From contig WGLZ01000036.1 of NCBI GenBank assembly GCA_016471375.1, positions 13,564 to 45,563 of the forward strand: a stretch of 32,000 nt of DNA. The letters are read 5' to 3'. This document shows, one piece after another, positions 1 through 8,436 of this stretch. Source of the stretch: Cyanobacteria bacterium RI_101. GTDB taxonomy: Bacteria > Cyanobacteriota > Cyanobacteriia > Cyanobacteriales > Microcystaceae. A program made the position numbers and the translations under genes. How positions within the stretch are numbered: position 1 is the first letter of the stretch; the number at the start of each line of letters is the position of its first letter. The notes beneath the pieces are model-generated. The model saw nothing but the letters and a program-made list of their open reading frames with translations, had not been told where the DNA came from and made no database searches.

Positions 1-384
1 GCCAAGGGGTTTCCCAGTCCCGTCGATGAAGGCGGAGCGGCAGAAGCTGACCCCCACCTGGGGCGAAGCCTCTAAATGGGCCACCTGTTTCGCTAATTTA
101 TCCGGCGCCCAGAGATCGTCAGAGTCCAAAAAGGCAAGGTAATCGCCCTGGGCGTAGCGAATTCCGGTATTGCGAGCGCCGGCTAAGCCCCGGTTTTTTT
201 GGTGAACAATCTTAATGCGGGGGTCTGAAAACTGTTGACAAATCTCGGCGCTCCGGTCAGGGGAATCGTCGTTGACGATAATGATCTCAAAGTTCTGATA
301 AGTTTGGGCCAACACCGACTCAATGGTTTGAGCGATATAGGCTTCGACGTTATAGACCGGGATAATGACAGAGACCAGTTTCAT
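1..384 (-). CDS. Glycosyltransferase family 2, first 128 codons only (the gene runs off the left edge of the window)
   Basis: Absent from the ORF track because there is no stop in the window. Reverse complement from the ATG at 384-382 reads MKLVSVIIPVYNVEAYIAQTIESVLAQTYQNFEIIIVNDDSPDRSAEICQQF...NRGLAGARNTGIRYAQGDYLAFLDSDDLW. This carries the canonical GT2 N-terminal signature (IIPxYN, NDxS, DxD). Confidence 0.85.
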   Translation of the reverse strand, partial: MKLVSVIIPVYNVEAYIAQTIESVLAQTYQNFEIIIVNDDSPDRSAEICQQFSDPRIKIVHQKNRGLAGARNTGIRYAQGDYLAFLDSDDLWAPDKLAKQVAHLEASPQVGVSFCRSAFIDGTGKPLG

Positions 385-518
385 GGGCGGCGTCCTCTGG
401 GAGCGGGGGAGAGCTTTGATTTCTTCTATCTTGAAGGGCGAGTGTTGACGATAACGTTTAAGCGGTTGTCTAACTTAGGCGAATTTGTCTAACCCGGCGC
501 TTTAACAAAGTTCAATCT

Positions 519-783
519 CCCCTAACCCCCCTTTGCAAGCTACCGTGTACACAGATCTACCCATCAGCCTCGTTTTGCCCCCCCAGCCCCCCAATTTTGG
601 GGGGAGTTCGGAGCCTTTCTGAGTTCAAAGTCCCCCAGAATTGGGGGATTGTCCCACTGAGCCTGCCGAAGTGTAGGGGGCGAGATAAGGTTAATGGCAA
701 AACCAAAGACTTGTGTGTCCACCGTAGCCGTTGATAAGGGGAAAATCCGGTTCCCCTCTTAGGAGGGGATTAAGGGGGGTTTG
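519..783. repeat. Composite intergenic repeat cluster: a CCCCTAACCCCCC...GGGG hairpin repeat interrupted by a MITE, followed by a CCCCTC-TTAG-GAGGGG hairpin unit
   Basis: The same sequence units recur at 12361-12546, 13264-13359 and 29401-29860. ORF 691..897(-) is built entirely from this repeat DNA. Confidence 0.8.
539..728. mobile_element. MITE copy A (~190 bp), termini GCTACCGTGTACACA / TGTGTGTCCACCGTAGC
   Basis: Terminal inverted repeats match those of the copies at 12382-12536 and 29564-29720. It has no coding capacity. Its interior carries a nested hairpin element (GGGGGATTGTCCCACTGAGC..GCCGAAGTGTAGGGGG), also seen at 13321-13359 and 29786-29840. Confidence 0.7.
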
Positions 784-837
784 TTTTTCTGACGCTACGC
801 CAAGGTTAATTGATATTATCCAGTTAAGCTCCGACTT

Positions 838-2049
838 ATGAGCAACCCCGAAATGCGTAGCTTGGAAGAAATTAACGAGAAAATTCGCCGCGGTCAAGCC
901 GTGGTCTGGACTGTGGAAGAGGTCAAAGCCCTAGCGCCGGAGTGGGGCGTCCGTAAAATCGCCGAAACGGTGGACGTCGTCTGCGCTGGAACTTTTGAAC
1001 CGTTAGAATCCGCCGGCGCCGTCATTAATCTGGGCCACACCGACCCCCCCATCAAAATTCGCCAATGCTGGTTGGAAGGCATTCCCGCCTACGGAGGCTT
1101 TGGCGCGGTGGATTTATACCTCGGCGTCACCGCTACGGCGGACTACGCCAGCGCCGAACTGGGCGACGGCGAGCAAAGGGGTCATTTCGCCCGAGAGGAG
1201 CGGGGAGGCGGCCACGTGATTGAGGATTTAATCAACGGCAAATCCGTTTCTCTACGGGCGCTGGGTCAGGGCACGGATTGCTATCCCCGAACCGCCCTGG
1301 AAACCCAAATCACCAAAGACTCCATTAACCAGTTTTACCTCTACAGCCCTAGGGGCCTTTACCAAAACTTTGTCGTGGGAGTCAACGGCGGCGAGCGCCT
1401 GCTCTATACTTACCTCGGCCCTCTGCAACCCCGGTTAGGGAACGCCGTCTATGGCAACCCCGGCGCGATTTCCCCGTTATTTAACGATCCGCTGTTAGAG
1501 GCGGTCGGCATTGGCACCCGCATTTTCTTGGGAGGCGGGGTGGGCTATGTGGCCTGGGAAGGCACCCAGCATTTTCCCCTGCAAAAGCGCCTCCCGAACC
1601 AAACCCCTATCGGCCCGGCGGCGACCCTAGCGCTGATTGGGGACGCGAAACAAATGCAGGGCTACTGGGTGCGGGGCTGTTATTTCAAAAACTACGGCGT
1701 TTCCCTAATGGTGGGAGTGGCGATTCCTCTGCCAGTTCTCAACGAAGGCGTGATCGCCCACTGCGCCGTCCGGGACGAAGAGATCGTGGCGCCGGTGATG
1801 GACTTTTCTATTCCTCGCCGGGTGCGCCCCACTTTTGGCTTGGTTAGTTACGCCCAACTGAAAAGCGGCCGCATGACCATTGAAGGCAAAACCGTGCGGG
1901 TGGCGCCGTTGGCCAGCATGGCCCGTTCCCGAGAGGCGGCCCAAACCCTGAAGACGTGGATTGAAGCCGGGGACTTTCTCCTAACGGCGCCGGTGGCTCC
2001 CCTACCCCGGGAGCGGGGATTTTTGCCCCAGGATCAACTGGCGAAATAA
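838..2049 (+). CDS. Homocysteine biosynthesis protein, DUF39/COG1900 family (L-aspartate-semialdehyde sulfurtransferase type)
   Basis: 403 aa. The N-terminus SLEEINEKIRRGQAVVWTVEEVK and the length match my recollection of the COG1900 family known from methanogens. No CBS pair at the C-terminus. Confidence 0.75.
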   Translation: MSNPEMRSLEEINEKIRRGQAVVWTVEEVKALAPEWGVRKIAETVDVVCAGTFEPLESAGAVINLGHTDPPIKIRQCWLEGIPAYGGFGAVDLYLGVTATADYASAELGDGEQRGHFAREERGGGHVIEDLINGKSVSLRALGQGTDCYPRTALETQITKDSINQFYLYSPRGLYQNFVVGVNGGERLLYTYLGPLQPRLGNAVYGNPGAISPLFNDPLLEAVGIGTRIFLGGGVGYVAWEGTQHFPLQKRLPNQTPIGPAATLALIGDAKQMQGYWVRGCYFKNYGVSLMVGVAIPLPVLNEGVIAHCAVRDEEIVAPVMDFSIPRRVRPTFGLVSYAQLKSGRMTIEGKTVRVAPLASMARSREAAQTLKTWIEAGDFLLTAPVAPLPRERGFLPQDQLAK

Positions 2050-2051
2050 CC

Positions 2052-3710
2052 TTAAAACTCGTAGTTAATTCCCAAGTACAGTCCGTCGTCCTGGATGTTA
2101 TTACCCCGGATATTGAGATTAATCAACGGCGGGGCGTAATCGACCCGCAGGGTTAACCCCGCAATGGGTTGGTAGATAAGCCCTAGACCTAAGGCCGCCA
2201 ACATATTTTTATTCGCGCCCAATTGGTTGGGATTGCCCGCCGCATTCCAAACGGCGCCGAAGTCAAAGAAAGGGGCCAACGTAAACACGGCCCGGTTTTC
2301 CCCGTCTTTCGCCAAGGCGATCCGGTCTTCGATAGAAAAACGGATACCATTATCCCCCGCCAGCACATTCTGACGGTAACCCCGCACGGATTGGGCGCCG
2401 CCGATCACAAATTGCTCCATGGGGAGGAGGGGGTTGGCGGAGAACTGCGTATCCAACTGCATAATCAAAAAATTATTCTCCGAGAACTGTCGTAGGCGCT
2501 GGACTTGTCCCAACCAGGCGAAAAAGTAGCCGTCGGGAATGGGCGCCGGATTATTGGTGGCGCCGAACAACCCGGTGCCGAATTTAAACTGGGAACGCAG
2601 GGCCCAGACGCCGACGCTATCCCGGACGGTGTAATCTTGGGTAAACAAAAGGGGAGAGCTTTCGCTGTAGCCCTCGGCGTTGGGGCCAAAGCCAAAGGGC
2701 ACCCCTTGATCTAGGGCGAAGGTTTGCCCGGAATCGTAGGAAACGCCGAAACTTAAGGCAAACTCTTCGTCGGGGGTGCGAATCAAAGGCTGGCGGTATT
2801 CCACCACATAGCGGTCCGAGTTGCCCCGAATATTGAGGGGAGTAAATTCGTCCGTCAGGATTTTATTGCGGTCAATGAAGACGCTGAAGGCGAGGGTTCC
2901 GTCTTGGGGGTTGAGGGGGACTTGGTAAAACGTGTCCAGGCGATAACTGTCTAGAAAAGCCTCCAAACGGGGACGGTAGGAAACAAAGACCGTGTCTCCC
3001 AAGCCCGTCGGGTTCCGATAACCGGCGCTGAGACTTAACTGGACAGCGCCGATACTCGGGGGAGAATAGTTATCTAATCCGACCTGACCAAAAACGGGAT
3101 TGGCTTCTACGACCCGAACAATTAAATCCGTTTTATTGCTTTCCGGCGCTGTCTCTTGGTCTTCTTCCCCCTCTAGAGCGGTTTCGGGCGGCCGCAAACT
3201 GGCGTCGATGGACTTAAATAAGGGATTCGCTTTGAGTAAACGGAGTTGAGTTTCTAAATTGCGAATATTCAGGGGCCGCCCGGCGCCGAGCGCGACCCGA
3301 TCTCGGATATAGGTTTCCAGCCGGGGAGCGCCTTCGATAACAACGGTTCCCAGTTCCCCCTCCCGGACGCTGAGGATAGCGACGCCCTCTGGGGAAAAGG
3401 AGTCGACCCGGGCCCGGGAGTTGAGATAACCCGCCTCTAGATACCGCTGGGTAATCCCCTGGGCTAGGCCCTCCAGTTGGGCTTCCGTCACCGGCTGGTT
3501 CAGAAGCGGCTCCCAGAGAGACCGCAAATCCGCCGCGGCGAAGGCGGTGTTACCCGTTAAACGGACTCCCCGCAGGATCGGGGCCGGCGCTTCTTCCCCT
3601 TGCGGTTCAGGGGCGGGGGGCAGTTGGGCCGGCGCGGGTAGTCCGGGCAGAAGGAGCAGACCCACCGCCAAGATCGCGTTCCCGGTTCCCCGGATCCATC
3701 GGTTGATCAT
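2052..3710 (-). CDS. ShlB/FhaC/HecB-family two-partner-secretion outer-membrane transporter (TpsB) with POTRA domain
   Basis: 552 aa. It has a signal peptide (ILAVGLLLLPGLPAPAQ), a POTRA-like N-terminal region (LRGVRLTGNTAF...), a beta-barrel-rich C-terminal half, and a terminal aromatic residue (...GINYEF). Confidence 0.8.
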   Translation of the reverse strand: MINRWIRGTGNAILAVGLLLLPGLPAPAQLPPAPEPQGEEAPAPILRGVRLTGNTAFAAADLRSLWEPLLNQPVTEAQLEGLAQGITQRYLEAGYLNSRARVDSFSPEGVAILSVREGELGTVVIEGAPRLETYIRDRVALGAGRPLNIRNLETQLRLLKANPLFKSIDASLRPPETALEGEEDQETAPESNKTDLIVRVVEANPVFGQVGLDNYSPPSIGAVQLSLSAGYRNPTGLGDTVFVSYRPRLEAFLDSYRLDTFYQVPLNPQDGTLAFSVFIDRNKILTDEFTPLNIRGNSDRYVVEYRQPLIRTPDEEFALSFGVSYDSGQTFALDQGVPFGFGPNAEGYSESSPLLFTQDYTVRDSVGVWALRSQFKFGTGLFGATNNPAPIPDGYFFAWLGQVQRLRQFSENNFLIMQLDTQFSANPLLPMEQFVIGGAQSVRGYRQNVLAGDNGIRFSIEDRIALAKDGENRAVFTLAPFFDFGAVWNAAGNPNQLGANKNMLAALGLGLIYQPIAGLTLRVDYAPPLINLNIRGNNIQDDGLYLGINYEF

Positions 3711-3815
3711 ACTTTATGGCCCCCATGATTCAATTTAAAACGCTCTCTGCCCTAGAATAAACTACAAAGCGAAAACTCTATACCTAAAAATTAGGCGACT
3801 TTGCTCCGAGGCGTC

Positions 3816-4136
3816 ATGGCTTTTTCATCTCGCCAAATCGTCTGTCTCGATCACCCCCCGGCTCGGCTATACGGAGAGGTCATTCAGGTCGTTGACAGCG
3901 CGCAAACCTGTTGGCTCCGCCCCTGGGTTCTGGTGACGGAGGAATTGACCCTAGACGCTCGGGAAGCTAGCGATATCGTGTATCCTCTAGCGCTCTTTCG
4001 GGCGGCGGAAGACTGGGAGTTTTTATCTCTTCTGCCTATTCTTGACGCTAAAGACCCGAAGGGGGACGCAAAACCCCAACTGCGGCGCTTTTTAGAAGGG
4101 GTCTGGCGGGCGCGACCGGAGCTATTTCGTCGTTAA
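3816..4136 (+). CDS. Hypothetical protein (~106 aa from the ATG at 3816; the track start at 3801 is a TTG)
   Basis: Open frame with native-looking codon and GC usage. No family recognised. Confidence 0.45.
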   Translation: MAFSSRQIVCLDHPPARLYGEVIQVVDSAQTCWLRPWVLVTEELTLDAREASDIVYPLALFRAAEDWEFLSLLPILDAKDPKGDAKPQLRRFLEGVWRARPELFRR

Positions 4137-4182
4137 CCTGAAGATTTTCGGCGTTTTTGTCTGGCCCCGACCCCCCAGCGCC

Positions 4183-4210
4183 TTGGAGTTGTCTAAGGCG
4201 CCGGTATAAT
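4183..4210 (+). promoter_or_regulatory. Candidate sigma70-type promoter: TTGGAG (4183-4188), 16-nt spacer, TATAAT (4205-4210)
   Basis: A perfect -10 hexamer lies 39 nt upstream of the DUF427 start codon, with a reasonable -35 at 16-nt spacing. Confidence 0.3.
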
Positions 4211-4248
4211 TAAGCCCTAGGTCTAATCTGTTTTTTGGGGGGATTCCG

Positions 4249-4533
4249 ATGGTTCAGGCAATCTGGAACGGCGCGGTTTTAGCGGCGAGCGATCAGTGTC
4301 GGCAAGTGGAAGGAAATTATTATTTTCCGCCGGAGTCCCTTAACCTAGAATATTTTCAAGCGAGCGAGACCCATACGATTTGTTCATGGAAAGGGGAAGC
4401 CAGCTACTATACTCTCATCGTGAATGGGCGAGAAAACCCCGACGCGGCCTGGTACTATCCCAACCCCAAGGAGCGGGCTAAGGAGATTCAGGGCTACGTC
4501 GCCTTTTGGCGGGGAGTTCAGATCCAAATTTAG
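4249..4533 (+). CDS. DUF427 domain protein
   Basis: 94 aa. AIWNGAVLAASDQCRQVEGNYYFPPESL...THTICSWKGEASYYTL...NPDAAWYYPNPKERAKEIQGYVAFWRGV matches the characteristic DUF427 motif string. Confidence 0.8.
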   Translation: MVQAIWNGAVLAASDQCRQVEGNYYFPPESLNLEYFQASETHTICSWKGEASYYTLIVNGRENPDAAWYYPNPKERAKEIQGYVAFWRGVQIQI

Positions 4534-4584
4534 CCGGGTCTTTTTTCCCTTTTTCCAGAATCAACCCCCTACCCCTACCCTGTT

Positions 4585-4992
4585 ATGGTTCTCAATGAGA
4601 GCGGCGCTTCTTTGGAGTCTTCGCTATACCTTCTGGAGGTGATCCCCCGCCCCCCCGCGACCCGACTTCTGCCCGCTAACCGCAATCGCTATTTTCTCAA
4701 GGTCGCCTACCCTCAACTCAGTCAAACCCTCCAGCGTTTGAGCCAGAAGGGCGACCGGGTGATCCAGGTTACCCCCACCTCCGCTCTCCAGCCCCCCGCG
4801 ACGGTGGCCTGGTGGATTGAAATTTACACTGACTATCCTCCCTGTCTTTATTACTTCGGCCCCTTTGAGAGCGAAGCGGAAGCCCAGGGCGCCGAGCAAG
4901 GGTTTATCGACGATCTACGAGAAGAAGGCGCCGAGCAAGTCGCGGCCCAAATTAAACCCTGTCGCCCCCAAATTTTGACCCAGGAATGGTGA
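4585..4992 (+). CDS. DUF1816-like conserved cyanobacterial protein, possibly with a short CpcD-like N-terminal segment
   Basis: WWIEIYTDYPPCLYYFGPFESEAEAQGAEQGFIDDLREEGA resembles the DUF1816 core. The preceding NRYFLKVAYPQLSQTLQRLSQKGDRVIQVTP resembles the C-terminal half of CpcD/linker domains (weak). Confidence 0.55.
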   Translation: MVLNESGASLESSLYLLEVIPRPPATRLLPANRNRYFLKVAYPQLSQTLQRLSQKGDRVIQVTPTSALQPPATVAWWIEIYTDYPPCLYYFGPFESEAEAQGAEQGFIDDLREEGAEQVAAQIKPCRPQILTQEW

Positions 4993-5082
4993 GGACAGCT
5001 TCTTCAATCTCCTTCCCTAGGGTTTGCGATACACTAAACCCTGACCTCTCTTCAGCGCATCGGGAGTGAATCTTTCATCAAT

Positions 5083-5667
5083 ATGGACGCAATGGCTTTT
5101 TTTCAGAAAAGCGCCGGCACTTGGCGCTCGCAACGGGCGACCCATCACCTGGCCTTTCGACGGGCGGAAACCGGGAGTTCCGAGATTTTTGTCGATCCCC
5201 TCGGCGCCGACGATCCCCGGGTGATTGAAATTTGCCAACTCCACGGCGTCGATCCCGCCGAAACCGTGGGCGGCGCTTTTGTGCGTTGGCAAGGCGTCAT
5301 GGCTTGGGATAAAGAGGATGAAAATCACGAAGGCACAACGGTGTTCGCCCTGATTCCCGACGCCGATAACCCCCAACAGGGCGCTCTGCTCCGGGAGCGG
5401 GGCTATGCCGAAATTGTCCCCATCGCCGGGCGCTATCAAATTGAACCCGACGGCGCTCTGCTCCTGATTACCGAGTACGAAACCATGACCACCCTAGAGC
5501 GATTTTGGTTTCCTAGCCCCAATTTACGGGTTCGCTCCAGCACGGTTCAACGCTTTGGGGGCTTCAACACCGCCACTTTTTGCACCGAAGTCCGGGAGGA
5601 CGCGGAAGGCGAGACCGGCGCCGGCCCGGAAGCGGCCGCGGAGTACGACGCGCTTGTGGGCTGGTAG
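5083..5667 (+). CDS. cpcS: Phycobiliprotein (phycocyanobilin) lyase, CpcS/CpeS family
   Basis: 194 aa. MDAMAFFQKSAGTWRSQRATHHLAFRRAETGSSEI...LLRERGYAEIVPIAGRY...TEYETMTTLERFWFPSPNLRVRSSTVQRFGGFNTATFCTE matches the conserved CpcS lipocalin-like lyase sequence. Confidence 0.85.
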   Translation: MDAMAFFQKSAGTWRSQRATHHLAFRRAETGSSEIFVDPLGADDPRVIEICQLHGVDPAETVGGAFVRWQGVMAWDKEDENHEGTTVFALIPDADNPQQGALLRERGYAEIVPIAGRYQIEPDGALLLITEYETMTTLERFWFPSPNLRVRSSTVQRFGGFNTATFCTEVREDAEGETGAGPEAAAEYDALVGW

Positions 5668-5676
5668 TATTGGCGA

Positions 5677-6654
5677 CTATCGTAACGGCCATTGGGGAAG
5701 CAAACTTTCGTTGTAGATTGAGTCCAGACCAAAGGCCGCCAGCGCCTTCAAGCCAAAAGTCATTTCTTCGGCGTTGAGTTTCGAGCGCCAATCGATCATT
5801 TGTTGGGGATCATAGTTGGCGAAAATTTGTTTCTTAGTCGTTTTATCTAGAGACTTAGAGATAAACGCGGAAGCCGAGGGGAGCTTCATCCGCTCCGCTT
5901 CCGCCTCTAACTGCGACGCTGGAACCGAAATTTCTAAAAAATCCAGAAGGCGCCGAAGTTCTTTTTGGGGATCAAGGCAAAGATTTTCGTAAAAGACCAA
6001 TGAAAGACGGTCTGAATGTCCTAAGCAATTCAGGGGAACCCACTGTTCGACACACCAGGTCACAAAATATTTTTCAAAATCGCTTTGGGCAGAGCTAATA
6101 ATGTCCAAGTATGTGTTTAAAACATCTTCCCGCAACTCCCGCTGTTCAAGCATTTCCCCTATTTTTGGCGTGGCTCTCTTCATGCCACAAATAGACTTAA
6201 TGACCGGAAAAGGATGTCTGAGCAATAAAATAAACTTTGTTTCTGGGAACTGATTAATTAACCACCCTAATCTTAAATTAGAGTGAATATCCTTAACCAA
6301 TCTTCGAGAGACCCAAAGTTGGGTATTGAGAGTATCTGTCCATTGACCTCGTACTTTTCCCTGTAGGATAGAGTTAACCTCTTGAAAATACTCAGAATAA
6401 TCGCTCTGAGCGCGCCAATAAGGAGGATAGTTTCGAGCGGATTCTAGGGGAGAATTACGAGTGTGAAAGGGTTCAAAAATCAAGCGAGCGCCGCTCAGTC
6501 TAGCCAAGGATTGACCCAGCCAGGTGCTACCGCTACGGGCGCTGGAGGCTAGAAAAATAGTTTGCCGGGAGTCTCCATTGAGATCTAAGAAATAACGGCT
6601 GGTAAGTTTTGAGCGCGCTTTCTCTAGGGACTGACGGAGGGGATTATTTTCCAT
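5677..6654 (-). CDS. Sulfotransferase family protein (PAPS-dependent)
   Basis: 325 aa. It has a 5'-PSB P-loop-like motif (FLASSARSGSTWLGQSL) and a later RHPF..I.S motif. The gene is visibly more AT-rich than its neighbours. Confidence 0.75.
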   Translation of the reverse strand: MENNPLRQSLEKARSKLTSRYFLDLNGDSRQTIFLASSARSGSTWLGQSLARLSGARLIFEPFHTRNSPLESARNYPPYWRAQSDYSEYFQEVNSILQGKVRGQWTDTLNTQLWVSRRLVKDIHSNLRLGWLINQFPETKFILLLRHPFPVIKSICGMKRATPKIGEMLEQRELREDVLNTYLDIISSAQSDFEKYFVTWCVEQWVPLNCLGHSDRLSLVFYENLCLDPQKELRRLLDFLEISVPASQLEAEAERMKLPSASAFISKSLDKTTKKQIFANYDPQQMIDWRSKLNAEEMTFGLKALAAFGLDSIYNESLLPQWPLR

Positions 6655-6801
6655 TGGATTGGCGATCCATATTTGTAAGAGAATCGAGTGATTTGGGCCC
6701 CTCTCAGCAGAGAATGCGCGGGAGAGTCAAAGTTGGAATAGTGTCAAAATTAACGCCTTAGTCTCACTTTGTAAAGCGTCGACTCACAAGACTATCAACG
6801 T

Positions 6802-8091
6802 TTACTCGGCGCCGAAATATCCTAGGAGTTTGCCAGCGATCCTCTCGGCGCCGCCGGGAGGCCCTAAACGAGCGAGACCGTTGGCGGCCAAAATCCCTAA
6901 TTGACGGGGATCGGCGAGAATCTTCAGCAGTGCCGGGCCCGCCTCTTCCGGCGCGGACACAAGGATAACAGATTCTCCGAGGAGGAACGTTTGACGCCGG
7001 GCAAAGCTCTCGTTAAATTGGGGGCCGGCGCCGACGAGGGTAACGGCGGGTTTTCCGAGACCGACGACCTGTTCCGTAGCGGTTCCGGCCATGGCTAGGG
7101 CGGCGTCGGCCCAATGGAGGGCTTCGGGGTAGGCTCCCTGGGTGAGGATGAGGGACTGGTTCAACTTGCGTAAGGGCTTAATCTGGGGATCAAGACGGGC
7201 TAACTCGCCGGGGGGAAGTTGGGACTCCAAACGCCAGCCGTCCTCCAGCGCCAAATCCAGAAACGACTCTAGGGCCAATCCCGGCGCTAGCGCCGCTAGA
7301 GCCGCCACAGGGCGGGACGTCAAACCCGCTAAAGCTTTCAGTATTAAGCGCCAATTTTCATGGGCCTCCGGCGCTCGGGAACCCGGCAACAAGACTAATT
7401 TCAAAACGGCCGGGCTAATCTCCAGCAACGTCTCAAGATTGATCCGCGGCTCTAGTCCGTCCATCATCGGATTGCCGGCGTAGTCGTTAGAGAGGCCTAA
7501 TCGCTCTAAACCCTTGCAGGTGAGACTATCCCGGACTAAAACGCCCCGGCATCGGGGACGACTCAGGAGCCAGCGCTCCCAGGGATAATAATCCGAGGCT
7601 CGGCGCCAGAAACCGCTCTCGCCCCGGAGGTAGTAGTCGGATTTAGCGGTGCCCACAAAGGCGTAGTCGGCGCCGCTTCCCCAAGCCATCAACAAGGGGA
7701 CAATATCTCCCAGGGCCGCCACTTTCCCCCCGTCTCGGGCCCACCCTTGGATCGATTGGAACTGCCGGAGGGTCAAGGAACCTAAACCGCTTTTAAGATC
7801 CCGCCACAGTTGACGACTATCCATATAAATAAAGCCGCCGGAGGGTAGGGATTGCCCGTCTAAAAGAAACGGCGCGTCTAAAGCTCGATAAGCCCGACCT
7901 TCTCCCACCAGAGGTAAGACGGCATAGTGATGCTCCGGCGCTAATTGTTGTAAACAGCGAAGAACTTTAGCGGCGATCTGGTCTTCCCCGTGGCCATTGC
8001 TGACGAGAAGCAGATTCAGCGCCGGTTTTTGAGCCAGAACCATGGTTAGCCTAATTCTTTCTCTACCTTCATCAATCGGTTGAGAAAGCAT
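6802..8091 (-). CDS. Lipid-A-disaccharide synthase-related protein (TIGR03492-like, LpxB-related GT-B fold); the true start is probably the ATG at 8043
   Basis: LNLLLVSNGHGEDQIAAKVL is the typical N-terminus of this family, which favours the internal Met17 (8043). A perfect TATAAT on the minus strand at 8100-8105 sits only 9 nt from the 8091 ATG, which also argues for the downstream start. Confidence 0.7.
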   Translation of the reverse strand: MLSQPIDEGRERIRLTMVLAQKPALNLLLVSNGHGEDQIAAKVLRCLQQLAPEHHYAVLPLVGEGRAYRALDAPFLLDGQSLPSGGFIYMDSRQLWRDLKSGLGSLTLRQFQSIQGWARDGGKVAALGDIVPLLMAWGSGADYAFVGTAKSDYYLRGESGFWRRASDYYPWERWLLSRPRCRGVLVRDSLTCKGLERLGLSNDYAGNPMMDGLEPRINLETLLEISPAVLKLVLLPGSRAPEAHENWRLILKALAGLTSRPVAALAALAPGLALESFLDLALEDGWRLESQLPPGELARLDPQIKPLRKLNQSLILTQGAYPEALHWADAALAMAGTATEQVVGLGKPAVTLVGAGPQFNESFARRQTFLLGESVILVSAPEEAGPALLKILADPRQLGILAANGLARLGPPGGAERIAGKLLGYFGAE

Positions 8092-8099
8092 GACTAGGG

Positions 8100-8105
8100 A
8101 TTATA
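8100..8105 (-). promoter_or_regulatory. Candidate -10 box (TATAAT on the minus strand) for the lpxB-related gene
   Basis: Exact hexamer. It is positioned so that the transcript would start near 8093, giving a ~50-nt leader to the ATG at 8043. Confidence 0.3.
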
Positions 8106-8212
8106 CAAAATTTTCGTATGCTGTTCTCGGATCTCTTGCGCCGTCGCGGCCAGATCGACCATGGCAAAGCGGATTTCATGGTTTTGGATCAGAACGGACT
8201 CGTTCAGCCGAC

Positions 8213-8371
8213 AAAGAGGCCTTAACTGTTTTGGAGGTCAGTCTCGGCATTGGTCATTCTGATACCTAAACTGTTTGCACCAATTATAAGCGGTTTTCAC
8301 AGTAGTTAAAAAATGATTGATGACACAGGGTTAGACCCACCCCTAACCCCTTCAAGGAGGGGAACCCGAAA
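8213..8371 (+). pseudogene. Decayed 3' end of a paralogous TPR/NLR gene plus trailing hairpin repeat (left copy of the direct repeat flanking the NLR gene)
   Basis: Hand alignment to 10906-11064 gives 133/159 identical bases. It translates as KEALTVLEVSLGIGHSDT*TVCTNYKRFSQ*LKND*, against the intact REALAIFEVSLGTGHSDTRTVRANYERFLQQLNNE* of the NLR C-terminus. Two internal stops are present. Confidence 0.8.
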
Positions 8372-8436
8372 TATAATAGTCGTGTTCTATAATCTCGTTT
8401 TGGAAAGTTGTCCTATGATGAAGGAGGTTTGTCATT

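Noticed and set aside
235-492. 85-aa plus-strand ORF
   Set aside because: It is antisense to the partial GT2 gene, whose IIPVYN...DxD signature is clear on the minus strand.
5017-5439. 140-aa minus-strand ORF, and the 5547-5791 small ORFs
   Set aside because: They are antisense or off-frame to cpcS and the sulfotransferase 3' end, with no motifs.
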